Below the pieces are notes generated by a model that ran no database searches, was not told the origin of the DNA, and saw nothing but the letters and a program-made list of their open reading frames with translations. The translations under genes were made by a program, and so were the position numbers. Below, piece after piece: positions 36,379 to 45,847 of a DNA stretch of 64,000 nt (the stretch's first letter is position 1; every line of letters begins with the position of its first letter). Source of the stretch: Lachnospiraceae bacterium (GTDB taxonomy: Bacteria > Bacillota > Clostridia > Lachnospirales > Lachnospiraceae); contig JAZLKM010000027.1 of NCBI GenBank assembly GCA_045597645.1, forward strand, positions 5,184 to 69,183, in the 5' to 3' direction.

Positions 36379-37581
36379 TTAATTTGCCACCTTATCGATT
36401 AGCTCCACATATTTGCCGAGCTGATCTGACATGTTATAGCACGTCACCGCACGCTTCCTGCAGGTAGCTGATGAATACATTCCGTTGGCATATGACCTCA
36501 TGCTTATATGTCTTATTGCGTCCATCATTGAGTCCATATCGCCTCTATGTACTGCAAGTCCTGTTATCTCATCTATCACTTCAGGGCTGCCTCCTGTAGC
36601 AAATGTTACCACAGGTGTACCGCACGCTAATGCCTCTATATTTACAGTCGGGAAAGTGTCCTCCAACGTAGTATTGACGAACACATCCGCCGCGGTATAT
36701 ATCTCCGCCAGTTCTATAGCATCCTCCGTCCTTGAGATTACTGTCACTCTGTCAGACAGCGCCTCCCGGTCCTCCTGGGACATATTTCCCACGATAACCA
36801 TGTGTTCATTACTCTCAAGCCTATTTGTTATTTCCTTTAGAAAATCTATTCCCTTTCGTCTGGTCCAGTTAGACGCCACTGCCAAATATATCTTCTTGTC
36901 ACCCAGCCCATACATAGTACGAAAATCTGATTCTCTGGGTTTAAAGGTCTCCAGGTCTATCCCATTGTTTATCACCTCTACAGGATATTTCCCTAGAAAT
37001 GATGACCTTACCTGCTGCTCCATCCACCTTGATGGTGCTACCACCGTCAGCTTTTGTCCATCGAGCACCAGCTTCTTACGTCTAAAGTTTGCTGCACCTG
37101 TGGACTTAAACATACTATAGCTATGACTTATTGGGCAGCTATTGCAGCCTGTCCTGTAGCCGTCACACTCGATCCCATCATAGTGCGCACAGCCACCTGT
37201 AAAAGCCCAGCAGTCATGGAATGTCCACATTACTTTTATCTGCTTACCCCTTAAGTAGCCCAGCAAAGTCTCCATGTTACAGTCATGAGTATGAATATTA
37301 TGCAGATGCACTATATCGGGCTGTATCTTATCCAGTTGCTTTATTATTTTTCTAGTCGATGCCTTTGAGTTGAATCCATATTTTCCGTTAATTCTGGATA
37401 TTATGGCCTGCCTTTTTATGTATCCTGGGTTGGAATAGCAATATTCATTTTCCCCTTCTGGTTCACCGCTTCCAAACAGGAAATAGTTCTCTATTCCAGC
37501 GCTGGTCAGCAACCTACATATATTAGTGCAGATGCCTCCTGTGCTTCCGCCTTTTACAGAATTGATTAATACTACCTTCAT
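36379..37581 (-). CDS. Glycosyltransferase family 4
   Basis: I prefer the ATG at 37579-37581. It forms an ATGA overlap with the upstream stop and has a GGAAGGTGG SD 7 nt upstream. The track start is 37632. Motifs: WTFHDCWAFTGGCAHY, AEIYTAADVFVNTT. Confidence 0.8.
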   Translation of the reverse strand: MKVVLINSVKGGSTGGICTNICRLLTSAGIENYFLFGSGEPEGENEYCYSNPGYIKRQAIISRINGKYGFNSKASTRKIIKQLDKIQPDIVHLHNIHTHDCNMETLLGYLRGKQIKVMWTFHDCWAFTGGCAHYDGIECDGYRTGCNSCPISHSYSMFKSTGAANFRRKKLVLDGQKLTVVAPSRWMEQQVRSSFLGKYPVEVINNGIDLETFKPRESDFRTMYGLGDKKIYLAVASNWTRRKGIDFLKEITNRLESNEHMVIVGNMSQEDREALSDRVTVISRTEDAIELAEIYTAADVFVNTTLEDTFPTVNIEALACGTPVVTFATGGSPEVIDEITGLAVHRGDMDSMMDAIRHISMRSYANGMYSSATCRKRAVTCYNMSDQLGKYVELIDKVAN

Positions 37582-39794
37582 CTGCGGGCCACCTTCCATC
37601 TTTTCCACACTAGGAAGAATAGCAAAAGACATACTGATGCCAAAGACAGCTTGCTACATACTCTCCAAAGCACAGGCTCCTTGTATGTAATAACTATATC
37701 ATCAGCGCTTATATCTGCTGACACATGTATCTTGCCATTATCACTTTTAGATAAGCTTAACTCCGCTCCACTATTTACATCATATGCATGATAGTTGGGA
37801 TAATAGTACTTCGGCATATCATATCCATCACCTACAGGTATTGCCATACTATAATCACTGTCATCTACACTAGCCCCATATGGCAAGTAAAGCATATCCA
37901 TCTGGTAGTCAATGTCTTGACTTGTGAGCACCACCAAAGTATCTGCACTATCAGCAAATTCTTTTACTGTGTAGCCTTCTGTCACAAGATTCATGACTAC
38001 TATCGCCACGGCTATGGCAATACCCGCCTTCTTATAGCCCTTCTTTTCCAGAATCTGCAAAATATACATGACTGCAAACACTGCACATACAGTGGCTATG
38101 GTCAAGTATCTCCACGGGAACTGTACTATTCCAAAAAGCTTAATAAGCCTCCAGTTAAGGCTCTCTATCACATCCCAAGGGAACACATATGATGCCAGAA
38201 GCATTGAAAGGCATGCATATCCAAAGAACATATTTGCTCTCTTATACTCAGCCTCACCTTCTAGCTGCCATTTCTGCCTTGAGATGTAGCAAATGGGTAT
38301 CATCATTAGTCCCATCACGAGAGATATCCCTATTGTCAGCGGCATTTCCCCTGTTGTTCCGTTATCTACGTTTACCCCACCCCAAGTGTGGAACACTCCC
38401 AACAGTTGCGACGGGTACGCTCCTGATTTTCCAATCAAATTGTAAAAATAACCATAATAGCCATCAATGCTCCTCATTGAGTCTATCATAGGAACTAAAT
38501 ACCACAGATTGATGCATATAATGCAGGCTGCTGATACTAAAAGCCATTTTAGTCTGCACCATGCGAAAGTCTTTTTTGCATTAATCAGCATAAACAACAA
38601 TCCAAATACTGCTATAAGGTAGCATGACAAAATGTGACTTTCTACCACCAATGAGCAGCCTACAATAAGCGGAAGTGCATCCTGGAATGTATATCTGCGT
38701 TGACGCTCACCCGCATATAGCCTGTAGAATCCATACACTACAAGAGGCAGAAACGCAAATGCTGTATACTCCCCTAGTGACTGTCTTTGATATATATCTG
38801 TAAGCCTGAATGCTGATAGTTCATACAGCACTGCTGCAAAGCAGCCCCACTTTCTACTTCCAGACATCTTCCAAAAGCAATAATATCCCAGCGCGACTGT
38901 TGCTATATTTATCAACACTACATATGTCAAATATGCTGTCTGAAGCGGTAGCCCTATTGCATACATAGCACCAGGTATCACCAGAAACAGCTCTGGATAG
39001 AAAAGCGGAGATGCATATCCATATCCATTGTTTAGATTTTCCGCCATTCTGTGGGGTATCTGGCCTGCCCTGAGCCCATCTGCCACAGATACTATTCTCT
39101 GAAGATGTATCTGCAGATCATGCCCTGGGTTAACATAAATCACATTATTCAAACACAGTAAGCTTACAAAGACTACAGCTGCTATTAATGACATTGCTAC
39201 ATACTTTTGCTGCCTGTCTGACTTAAATACCACATCAGCAAAAAAAGCGATTATCACATCCAATGCAAATGACATCAGAATCCACATCAGAATGCGAACA
39301 AATCTATATGAGTACACCTCGTCTATGCTAACTGATGTAATTGTGGCTCCAAATGCTTCCTCTGGCACATCAATCCAGCCCTCTGCATCTGGTTCGCTAA
39401 CTGGATTTCCTGATACGCACTCAGCATAGAAGGTAGAGTACTTACCGTAACCTGGTCTAATCCATATAGCCCCTGTCTCCTCGTTGCTGTCTGCTCTAAG
39501 ATAAATCGGAGTTGACAGCAATCCTATGCCCTCGCCCTCCAATTTTCCTATTTTTAGAGAGCCAATAACATTTGCGTGACTGGGGTCTGCGGTAGCTGGC
39601 ACATTATAGTCAACTGTTACTATATATTTTCCAGAGGTAAGACCACCTATCTCATGTCTTCCATCAATACTGATCCCTCCAAGACCATATCCTGTTCGGG
39701 GCGCAAAAAGCAGACCGATAAGCATTATCAGTACAATCAGCTCCACTATGATAGCTACACTAAATAGCTTGTGCTCTCCAAACAGTCTCTTCAT
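37578..39794 (-). CDS. Large polytopic membrane protein, GT-C/YfhO-like architecture (paralog of 25029-27362)
   Basis: 738 aa with the same domain order and conserved blocks as the 777-aa paralog. Its start overlaps the fnlA stop by 1 nt. Confidence 0.5.
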   Translation of the reverse strand: MKRLFGEHKLFSVAIIVELIVLIMLIGLLFAPRTGYGLGGISIDGRHEIGGLTSGKYIVTVDYNVPATADPSHANVIGSLKIGKLEGEGIGLLSTPIYLRADSNEETGAIWIRPGYGKYSTFYAECVSGNPVSEPDAEGWIDVPEEAFGATITSVSIDEVYSYRFVRILMWILMSFALDVIIAFFADVVFKSDRQQKYVAMSLIAAVVFVSLLCLNNVIYVNPGHDLQIHLQRIVSVADGLRAGQIPHRMAENLNNGYGYASPLFYPELFLVIPGAMYAIGLPLQTAYLTYVVLINIATVALGYYCFWKMSGSRKWGCFAAVLYELSAFRLTDIYQRQSLGEYTAFAFLPLVVYGFYRLYAGERQRRYTFQDALPLIVGCSLVVESHILSCYLIAVFGLLFMLINAKKTFAWCRLKWLLVSAACIICINLWYLVPMIDSMRSIDGYYGYFYNLIGKSGAYPSQLLGVFHTWGGVNVDNGTTGEMPLTIGISLVMGLMMIPICYISRQKWQLEGEAEYKRANMFFGYACLSMLLASYVFPWDVIESLNWRLIKLFGIVQFPWRYLTIATVCAVFAVMYILQILEKKGYKKAGIAIAVAIVVMNLVTEGYTVKEFADSADTLVVLTSQDIDYQMDMLYLPYGASVDDSDYSMAIPVGDGYDMPKYYYPNYHAYDVNSGAELSLSKSDNGKIHVSADISADDIVITYKEPVLWRVCSKLSLASVCLLLFFLVWKRWKVARR

Positions 39795-40822
39795 TATGCC
39801 TTGAGGGCCTCCTTAACATAGTCAGTGGTGAGTATCTTCTCCACTGTCTCCTCTACATTAAGTCTTCTCGTATTATGTGAGGTATATGCCTCATTAGCCT
39901 GAGTCTGCACCTGACCATCTATAAAGAACTTGTCATAGTTGAGATCTCGTCCATCTGCTACTACCCTGTAGTAATTACCCATGTCTTCGCTTCTGACACA
40001 CTCCTCATTTGTCATCAAAGTCTCATACAGCTTCTCGCCGTGACGGGTACCTATCACTCTTGTGCCTGTGTCTCCAAAGAGCTTTTGTACTGCTTTTGCC
40101 AGATCTCCAATTGTAGATGCATCTGACTTTTGAACAAACAAATCTCCTGGGTTGCCATGCTCAAATGCAAACATTACCAGGTCCACTGCCTCATCGAGAT
40201 TCATAAGGAATCTGGTCATGTCAGGATTGGTGATTGTAATAGGATTTCCAGCCTTTATCTGGTCTATGAACAACGGTATAACTGAGCCTCTGCTGCACAT
40301 TACATTTCCGTAGCGGGTACAGCAGATTGTAGTCTTACCTGCGGCAACACGAGCGTTTGCTCCTATAACCTTCTCCATCATAGCCTTTGAAATACCCATC
40401 GCGTTGATAGGATATGCTGCCTTGTCTGTAGACAGGCACACTACTCTGTCTACACCTGCATCTATCGCTGCGTGAAGCACATTGTCAGTTCCCTCTATGT
40501 TAGTGCGCACTGCTTCCATTGGGAAAAACTCACAGCTTGGCACCTGCTTTAGTGCTGCTGCATGGAATACGTAGTCCACCCCCTGCATGGCGTCACTTAT
40601 TGATCTGCTATTTCTCACATCTCCGATATAGAATCTCACCTTGCCTGCAAGCTCTGGGTGCTTGGCCTGCAAGTCATGTCTCATATCGTCCTGCTTTTTC
40701 TCATCCCTTGAAAAAATGCGGATCTCAGCCAGGTCTGAATCCAGAAAGTGCTTTAGCACTGTGGATCCAAAGGAACCTGTTCCTCCTGTTATCATAAGCG
40801 TCTTATCTGTAAATAAGCCCAT
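39794..40822 (-). CDS. fnlA: UDP-GlcNAc 4,6-dehydratase/5-epimerase, CapE/FnlA type
   Basis: 342 aa. LMITGGTGSFGSTVLKHFLDSDLAEIRIFSRDEKKQDDM is near-identical in pattern to the CapE/FnlA N-terminus. Confidence 0.88.
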   Translation of the reverse strand: MGLFTDKTLMITGGTGSFGSTVLKHFLDSDLAEIRIFSRDEKKQDDMRHDLQAKHPELAGKVRFYIGDVRNSRSISDAMQGVDYVFHAAALKQVPSCEFFPMEAVRTNIEGTDNVLHAAIDAGVDRVVCLSTDKAAYPINAMGISKAMMEKVIGANARVAAGKTTICCTRYGNVMCSRGSVIPLFIDQIKAGNPITITNPDMTRFLMNLDEAVDLVMFAFEHGNPGDLFVQKSDASTIGDLAKAVQKLFGDTGTRVIGTRHGEKLYETLMTNEECVRSEDMGNYYRVVADGRDLNYDKFFIDGQVQTQANEAYTSHNTRRLNVEETVEKILTTDYVKEALKA

Positions 40823-40869
40823 ATCTATCTCCTTATCTTTTATATCCTCAATCCCTTCGATTCCTTTTC

Positions 40870-41892
40870 CTAGGTCTCGACATCTTTTCCTTTTAGTCTG
40901 CCTGGCAGCCTCTTTATAAGCGACTTTCCCTCTCCGTAGATAATTCTCTTTATTATGCTCACTATTCGTCTATACCATATGACTACCGGCATCTCCCATG
41001 CCAGAAGTCTCTTGTGATATTTCTCATAGGTCTCATCCGGAAGCATGTAATTTGTGTACTTCATTGGAAAGCTCATCTCAAACGTGGGCACCTCAAATAT
41101 TTTCCTTGCACCCTTTGGCATCTTCTTTAGTGTATTAGATGTGTGGGCGCTTCCCTCCGTTATTCCGATATTTCTAATCATATTGCGCTTAGGCACTATA
41201 TACATCTGATTGTGTATATATGTACTAGCCATAAAAAAGTACTCCGTACCTGCTGGGTGCCCATTGTACAATCTGCCATTTAGGTAGGCATCCATGGAAT
41301 TGCAAAATAGGCTATCCCTCTTAGCTATTCGCTTTGCCTCATCGCATATATATTTTTCCTGACCATATGCGAAGTCCCAATACTGCTCATAGGTACGCTT
41401 CCATATTGCATATCCCCAGATTGAACCAAACTTCGAAAAGAAATAGTCCGCATCCGGTGCATCATATTCACCCATCACATTGTGACCTGAGATTACATTT
41501 ACTCTAAGGTCATCCTTGTATCTCTCAAGTAACTCTGCACAGTATCTGAAAAAGCTGACTTCTGGCACCACATCATCCTCCAAAAGGATGAGCCTGTCCT
41601 CCTTTTTGAAGATTTCGTCCTTCACCTTTTTCATAATGGTGTACATGCCTTGATTCTCTTCAAAATAGAATCTGGTGACCTGACAGTCCCAATCTATGTC
41701 GGCTACCACTTCCTTGCAGGCAGCTATCCTGGCCACATCGTCCGGATGATCCTCCCTAGGTCCGTCACAGCATATATATAGCTTGCTCGGCCTAGCCGTC
41801 TTTATAGCCTCGAATGTAACTTTTAGACACTGGGGCCTAACGAACATATATAACAGCACGGGCACATCCACGAGCCACGGTTTATTTTCCAT
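40870..41892 (-). CDS. GT-A fold glycosyltransferase-like protein (GNT-I/HlpA-like)
   Basis: 340 aa. N-terminal VPVLLYMFVRPQCLKVTFEAIKTARPSKLYICCDGPRE and an LLEDDVVP (EDD) motif. Confidence 0.45.
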   Translation of the reverse strand: MENKPWLVDVPVLLYMFVRPQCLKVTFEAIKTARPSKLYICCDGPREDHPDDVARIAACKEVVADIDWDCQVTRFYFEENQGMYTIMKKVKDEIFKKEDRLILLEDDVVPEVSFFRYCAELLERYKDDLRVNVISGHNVMGEYDAPDADYFFSKFGSIWGYAIWKRTYEQYWDFAYGQEKYICDEAKRIAKRDSLFCNSMDAYLNGRLYNGHPAGTEYFFMASTYIHNQMYIVPKRNMIRNIGITEGSAHTSNTLKKMPKGARKIFEVPTFEMSFPMKYTNYMLPDETYEKYHKRLLAWEMPVVIWYRRIVSIIKRIIYGEGKSLIKRLPGRLKGKDVET

Positions 41893-41895
41893 TCT

Positions 41896-43404
41896 CTATC
41901 CCCTTCGCAATCGACCCAGTATCATGCCTTTCTCATCGGCATTCAGTCCCATAAGCCACATTAGTATTACGTATATCACACCCATAATCAGGCATTTTGC
42001 AATGAATAATATCCAGCCAGAGGTTACCCAGAAATGATGTAAGGCAAACCCTATGCATGTGGTTATCACTATTGGCAGGCTCATCTTAAGATGACACTGC
42101 ACGAAGAAGTTGCCGATATTCAGCCCTAGGACCTTCTTGTAGATAATATTTGATACTACTACCGTTCCAGCTATCGAGCCGGCCAATATTCCTATTCCTG
42201 TACCAAGTGCTCCATACTTGATAGAGAAAATAAAGCTCAGCGCACATGACACTACGGCTGTCACTCCATATGAGAGCGCTGCATACTGTAGCTTCCCTGT
42301 AGCTGTTATGGCAGTGCTAGCTATTGTCTGGGTAGCTGTGATGAGGCTTGGTGCTATCATCATTATGGTGATAGGGTAAGCCATTGCAAATTTCTCTCCC
42401 TGCCAGAGCATCATGAACTCCCCGCCTAGGCTAAAGAATATGGCAGACACCGCACCAACGATAAAAAGCTGTATACGTCCTACTCGAATCATCAGCTTAT
42501 CCATGGCTTTTGCGTCCTGATTTTCGCCATAATATATCTTGGCTACTCTGGTCAAAAATAGTGCTCCCAGAGCGCCTGTAAGGTTATATACGTAACCCTC
42601 TAATACCGATGATACGTTAAATATTGCTATCTGCCTCGTGCCTGATGTTACGCCTAGTATGGTCGGTTCAATATTGAAGATAAATCTCTGCAATATAAGC
42701 ATTACTGTAGTCCATACAGAGAAGGAAAATAGCTCCTTCACCATTGGCTTATCCCAGCTTTTTAAACCAGCTTTAAACAGTCCCTTGCTCTTGAGATATA
42801 TGTACTTTGCAACAGATATCAAAAGACCTATTCCTGCGTTAACCACAACAAGTGTGTACAATCCTCCGCCATTGAATAGGGCTGCCACCATAAGCGCTAC
42901 AATGATGACCTTCTGTGCCAGGTCCATGAGCTTTTGGAATACAAACTTCTCATATGCCTGTATGACACCATTGAATATCTGCATAGGGAACGTGCACAAA
43001 GTGAACGCGCCTATTATCACAAAAACCAGTCGCAGTCTTGCCAGCTCATCAGGCGTAAAGCTTACATAGATAAACTTAAGCAGGAAAAATAGTACAAATA
43101 AAACCACTCCTATTACTGCATCTATCACTAGGTACAGCTTTAACGTTATCCCTAAAAAGCTATCTATGGCCTTCTGATCGTTCTGAGCAATATATTTTGC
43201 AATAAACCTAGATATAGCCTGGCCAAGACCGAAGTCCATAGTAACCATGGATATGACTGAAATCGCCAACCCATAGATGCCATAGTCGGAGTCACCAATT
43301 ACTTTTATCATCCATGGCGTATAGATTATGCCTGCCAGAATGTTAAAGGCTATTGCTATATAGGATATGAATGCTCCATATTTTATCTGCTTTGAAGAGT
43401 CCAT
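41896..43404 (-). CDS. wzx: Oligosaccharide flippase, Wzx/MOP superfamily
   Basis: 502 aa with about 12-14 hydrophobic spans. The sequence texture is typical of polysaccharide biosynthesis proteins. It is adjacent to an EpsG-type polymerase. Confidence 0.78.
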   Translation of the reverse strand: MDSSKQIKYGAFISYIAIAFNILAGIIYTPWMIKVIGDSDYGIYGLAISVISMVTMDFGLGQAISRFIAKYIAQNDQKAIDSFLGITLKLYLVIDAVIGVVLFVLFFLLKFIYVSFTPDELARLRLVFVIIGAFTLCTFPMQIFNGVIQAYEKFVFQKLMDLAQKVIIVALMVAALFNGGGLYTLVVVNAGIGLLISVAKYIYLKSKGLFKAGLKSWDKPMVKELFSFSVWTTVMLILQRFIFNIEPTILGVTSGTRQIAIFNVSSVLEGYVYNLTGALGALFLTRVAKIYYGENQDAKAMDKLMIRVGRIQLFIVGAVSAIFFSLGGEFMMLWQGEKFAMAYPITIMMIAPSLITATQTIASTAITATGKLQYAALSYGVTAVVSCALSFIFSIKYGALGTGIGILAGSIAGTVVVSNIIYKKVLGLNIGNFFVQCHLKMSLPIVITTCIGFALHHFWVTSGWILFIAKCLIMGVIYVILMWLMGLNADEKGMILGRLRRG

Positions 43405-44492
43405 TACAGTGGTTCTCCCTGCCAGAAGAATATATAGTCAGATCCACCCACGATAGTGATGCCCAGAAGTGCAAGCACAATCAGGTATCTAAATATCATT
43501 CTATTTCTGAATTTCATTCCTGACACTGCTGCCGGTATCGCCAGCACAATGGGGAATTCAAATATGTATATCAATCTGATAGCTGCATTTTGAACATACA
43601 CTGACGGGAGTGCAACAAGTCCCAACAGTATACAGTTTACCCATATGCGCTCCTGATTATTCGCCTGTGACAGAGCTCCAAAGCGCAGGAATAAAAATGC
43701 CACAATCGCCAGATACATCGCAGTGAACTTCAGCGGCTTGCCCAGCGAGAACGGGGTGTACCACTCATATCCCACCAGCCTTACCATTATTGGATATACC
43801 ATATCCTTTACCAGCATGAGAAATGTGAATGCTCCTGCTGCTATGGCGAAGTTTCTACGCTTAAGAGGTATGAGTCTCAATAAGTACACTGGCAAAAACA
43901 TCAACGCCGATGTATGAATAAACGCTCCCAAAACGCACACAAGAACAAATGGTATCGGCTTCTTTTTTTCAAGGAACGGATAAGACCCCACCCATACTAC
44001 AGCTAATGCTATTGCCTGCTTTTGTCCTGTAAGCCAAAAAGTACTGAAAAACAGGGTAAACATCAATGTAAAGCTGAGCATTGGATCCTCTGAATGCTTA
44101 TAAATCCAGATGCAAAACGGCACAGTAATCAATACTGCTGCGTATACTAAATACCCCTGGGTATTTGCTGAAAACAGCTGAAAAAACTTAACTATCAGCA
44201 CAAAAAGTGGTCCTGTTCTCTCGTGCCTCGTCAGGTATTTTCCCAGGAGCTCTACAATCTCATACGGCTGATACCAATAGATTTCCTTAAAGTAACCTTC
44301 CAGATATACTACTGTATCTGCTCCAACAGAATAGTGTCGAAGTCCTGACACTAGTATGAATATCAGGCCGCATAATGCGCAGTATATCCCCTTGCGCAGT
44401 TTTTCCCCACGGCTTGTGGCATTCTTGTACGGCCACAAGAGCACGGTTCCCGATATTATCATTGTCACAAGGCTCATCGCCATTACTATCAT
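43404..44492 (-). CDS. EpsG-family membrane protein (Wzy-type repeat-unit polymerase candidate)
   Basis: 362 aa, polytopic. Has the EpsG-like motif GLRHYSVGADTVVY. Confidence 0.7.
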   Translation of the reverse strand: MIVMAMSLVTMIISGTVLLWPYKNATSRGEKLRKGIYCALCGLIFILVSGLRHYSVGADTVVYLEGYFKEIYWYQPYEIVELLGKYLTRHERTGPLFVLIVKFFQLFSANTQGYLVYAAVLITVPFCIWIYKHSEDPMLSFTLMFTLFFSTFWLTGQKQAIALAVVWVGSYPFLEKKKPIPFVLVCVLGAFIHTSALMFLPVYLLRLIPLKRRNFAIAAGAFTFLMLVKDMVYPIMVRLVGYEWYTPFSLGKPLKFTAMYLAIVAFLFLRFGALSQANNQERIWVNCILLGLVALPSVYVQNAAIRLIYIFEFPIVLAIPAAVSGMKFRNRMIFRYLIVLALLGITIVGGSDYIFFWQGEPL

Positions 44493-45847
44493 AAGCTACC
44501 TACTATTATTTCATCGATCTTGCCCCTGAAGATAGCATTTATCTTCTCTGGGCTATGATTTGCTATAGCTGCTGATGCTGCCCTTGCGGCATACTCCTTT
44601 GTCAGCGCTTTATCATTCACTAGTTTTAATAATGCTTCTTTAATGCCATCATAGCTATCCGCTACAACAGCAATATCCTCCCCTATGAGGTACTCCATGG
44701 CTGCGATATTTCTATCTCCTATCGCAAAGATGCACTTTCCTGAGGACAAATAGTCCGTAATTTTAGTTGAAAAGCTAAGTCTTGCTGCTCTAGCTCCGCT
44801 CCCACCTATCGACTCAAGGTACAACATTACATCCGCCTGTTGCTGAAGCTTTAGTACCTCTGGCTGCGGCACTGGTTCTTTTATGTAAACCGTGCCCGAC
44901 CTTAGCCCCTCAAGTTTTTTAGGTTCCAGTACCTTTGTGCAGTAAATATCTACAGCTATTTTCCCTTTTAGCTCTGGAGATTCCGCCAGTACCTGGTCTA
45001 ACAGAAGCAATGAGTCGTCTCTTTGTACCAGCAGATTTCCGGTATATATGAGCCTTATTGGGTGCTCATCCCCCAGACCTCCTTCCTCACCTGCCTCTGA
45101 TGCCTCAGGTAGTCTGCTAAGCGGCTTCGTCAGTATACTGCAGTCAATTCCAAAGGTTGCATCCGCTTCTTCTTTTGTCTTTTTGGATATTGCAAAAAAA
45201 CCCTGCATTTTACCGGTTAGTCTCTTAAGACTTCTTCTCTGGAAAAATCTGTATACCTTATAGCCAGGATTAGATGACTGCTTATATGTAAAATTGTCGT
45301 CCCAAAAATACCCTATTGCCTTGGCACCGGTTCTGTCTATCACATACTCAGTTATATCTGCCAAGTGTATCTTTGCTTCCATTGAGTAGAGTACTAACTC
45401 CGGTTTGAAGCTATCTATAAACTCATCAAGCTCAGCACTCTTCCATTTCCCCAGCTTCCATGCCACCTCTCTGGCCATCAGCATCAACTGCGAGCGGTGC
45501 TTTTGCATTCTTGCATAACGATTATTATGAGTATTAAGATCTGCCACGCTCTGTGCATCTATGCTATCAGCAGAGGCATCCTTCACACTTTGAACCGCTA
45601 TCTCTCTGCCAGTCCTAATCCCTGGTTTAAATACGCTCTTTAGCACACGATTTTCAGAAATCGAAAAATACCTTGAAGCGACAAGGCTATCTGGCAAATC
45701 ATCTCTGATATATAGATGGGCTACCTTTTCCCTAGCATAGTCGCTTAGTAGACTCTGCCAGGTGTTTTGACCTATTTTGCTGTTCCAGGCAGCCACAGAT
45801 ATCACAAGTATCCTAGGCTCTGCCTTTGGCATATAGGTATCCATCAT
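44489..45847 (-). CDS. Unassigned soluble protein; C-terminal half resembles a GT-B glycosyltransferase lobe
   Basis: 452 aa. The pattern IRLIYTGNL...VMLYLES...FSTKITDYLSSGKCIFAIG resembles a GT-B donor lobe. The N-terminal half is not recognisable. Confidence 0.35.
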   Translation of the reverse strand: MMDTYMPKAEPRILVISVAAWNSKIGQNTWQSLLSDYAREKVAHLYIRDDLPDSLVASRYFSISENRVLKSVFKPGIRTGREIAVQSVKDASADSIDAQSVADLNTHNNRYARMQKHRSQLMLMAREVAWKLGKWKSAELDEFIDSFKPELVLYSMEAKIHLADITEYVIDRTGAKAIGYFWDDNFTYKQSSNPGYKVYRFFQRRSLKRLTGKMQGFFAISKKTKEEADATFGIDCSILTKPLSRLPEASEAGEEGGLGDEHPIRLIYTGNLLVQRDDSLLLLDQVLAESPELKGKIAVDIYCTKVLEPKKLEGLRSGTVYIKEPVPQPEVLKLQQQADVMLYLESIGGSGARAARLSFSTKITDYLSSGKCIFAIGDRNIAAMEYLIGEDIAVVADSYDGIKEALLKLVNDKALTKEYAARAASAAIANHSPEKINAIFRGKIDEIIVGSL

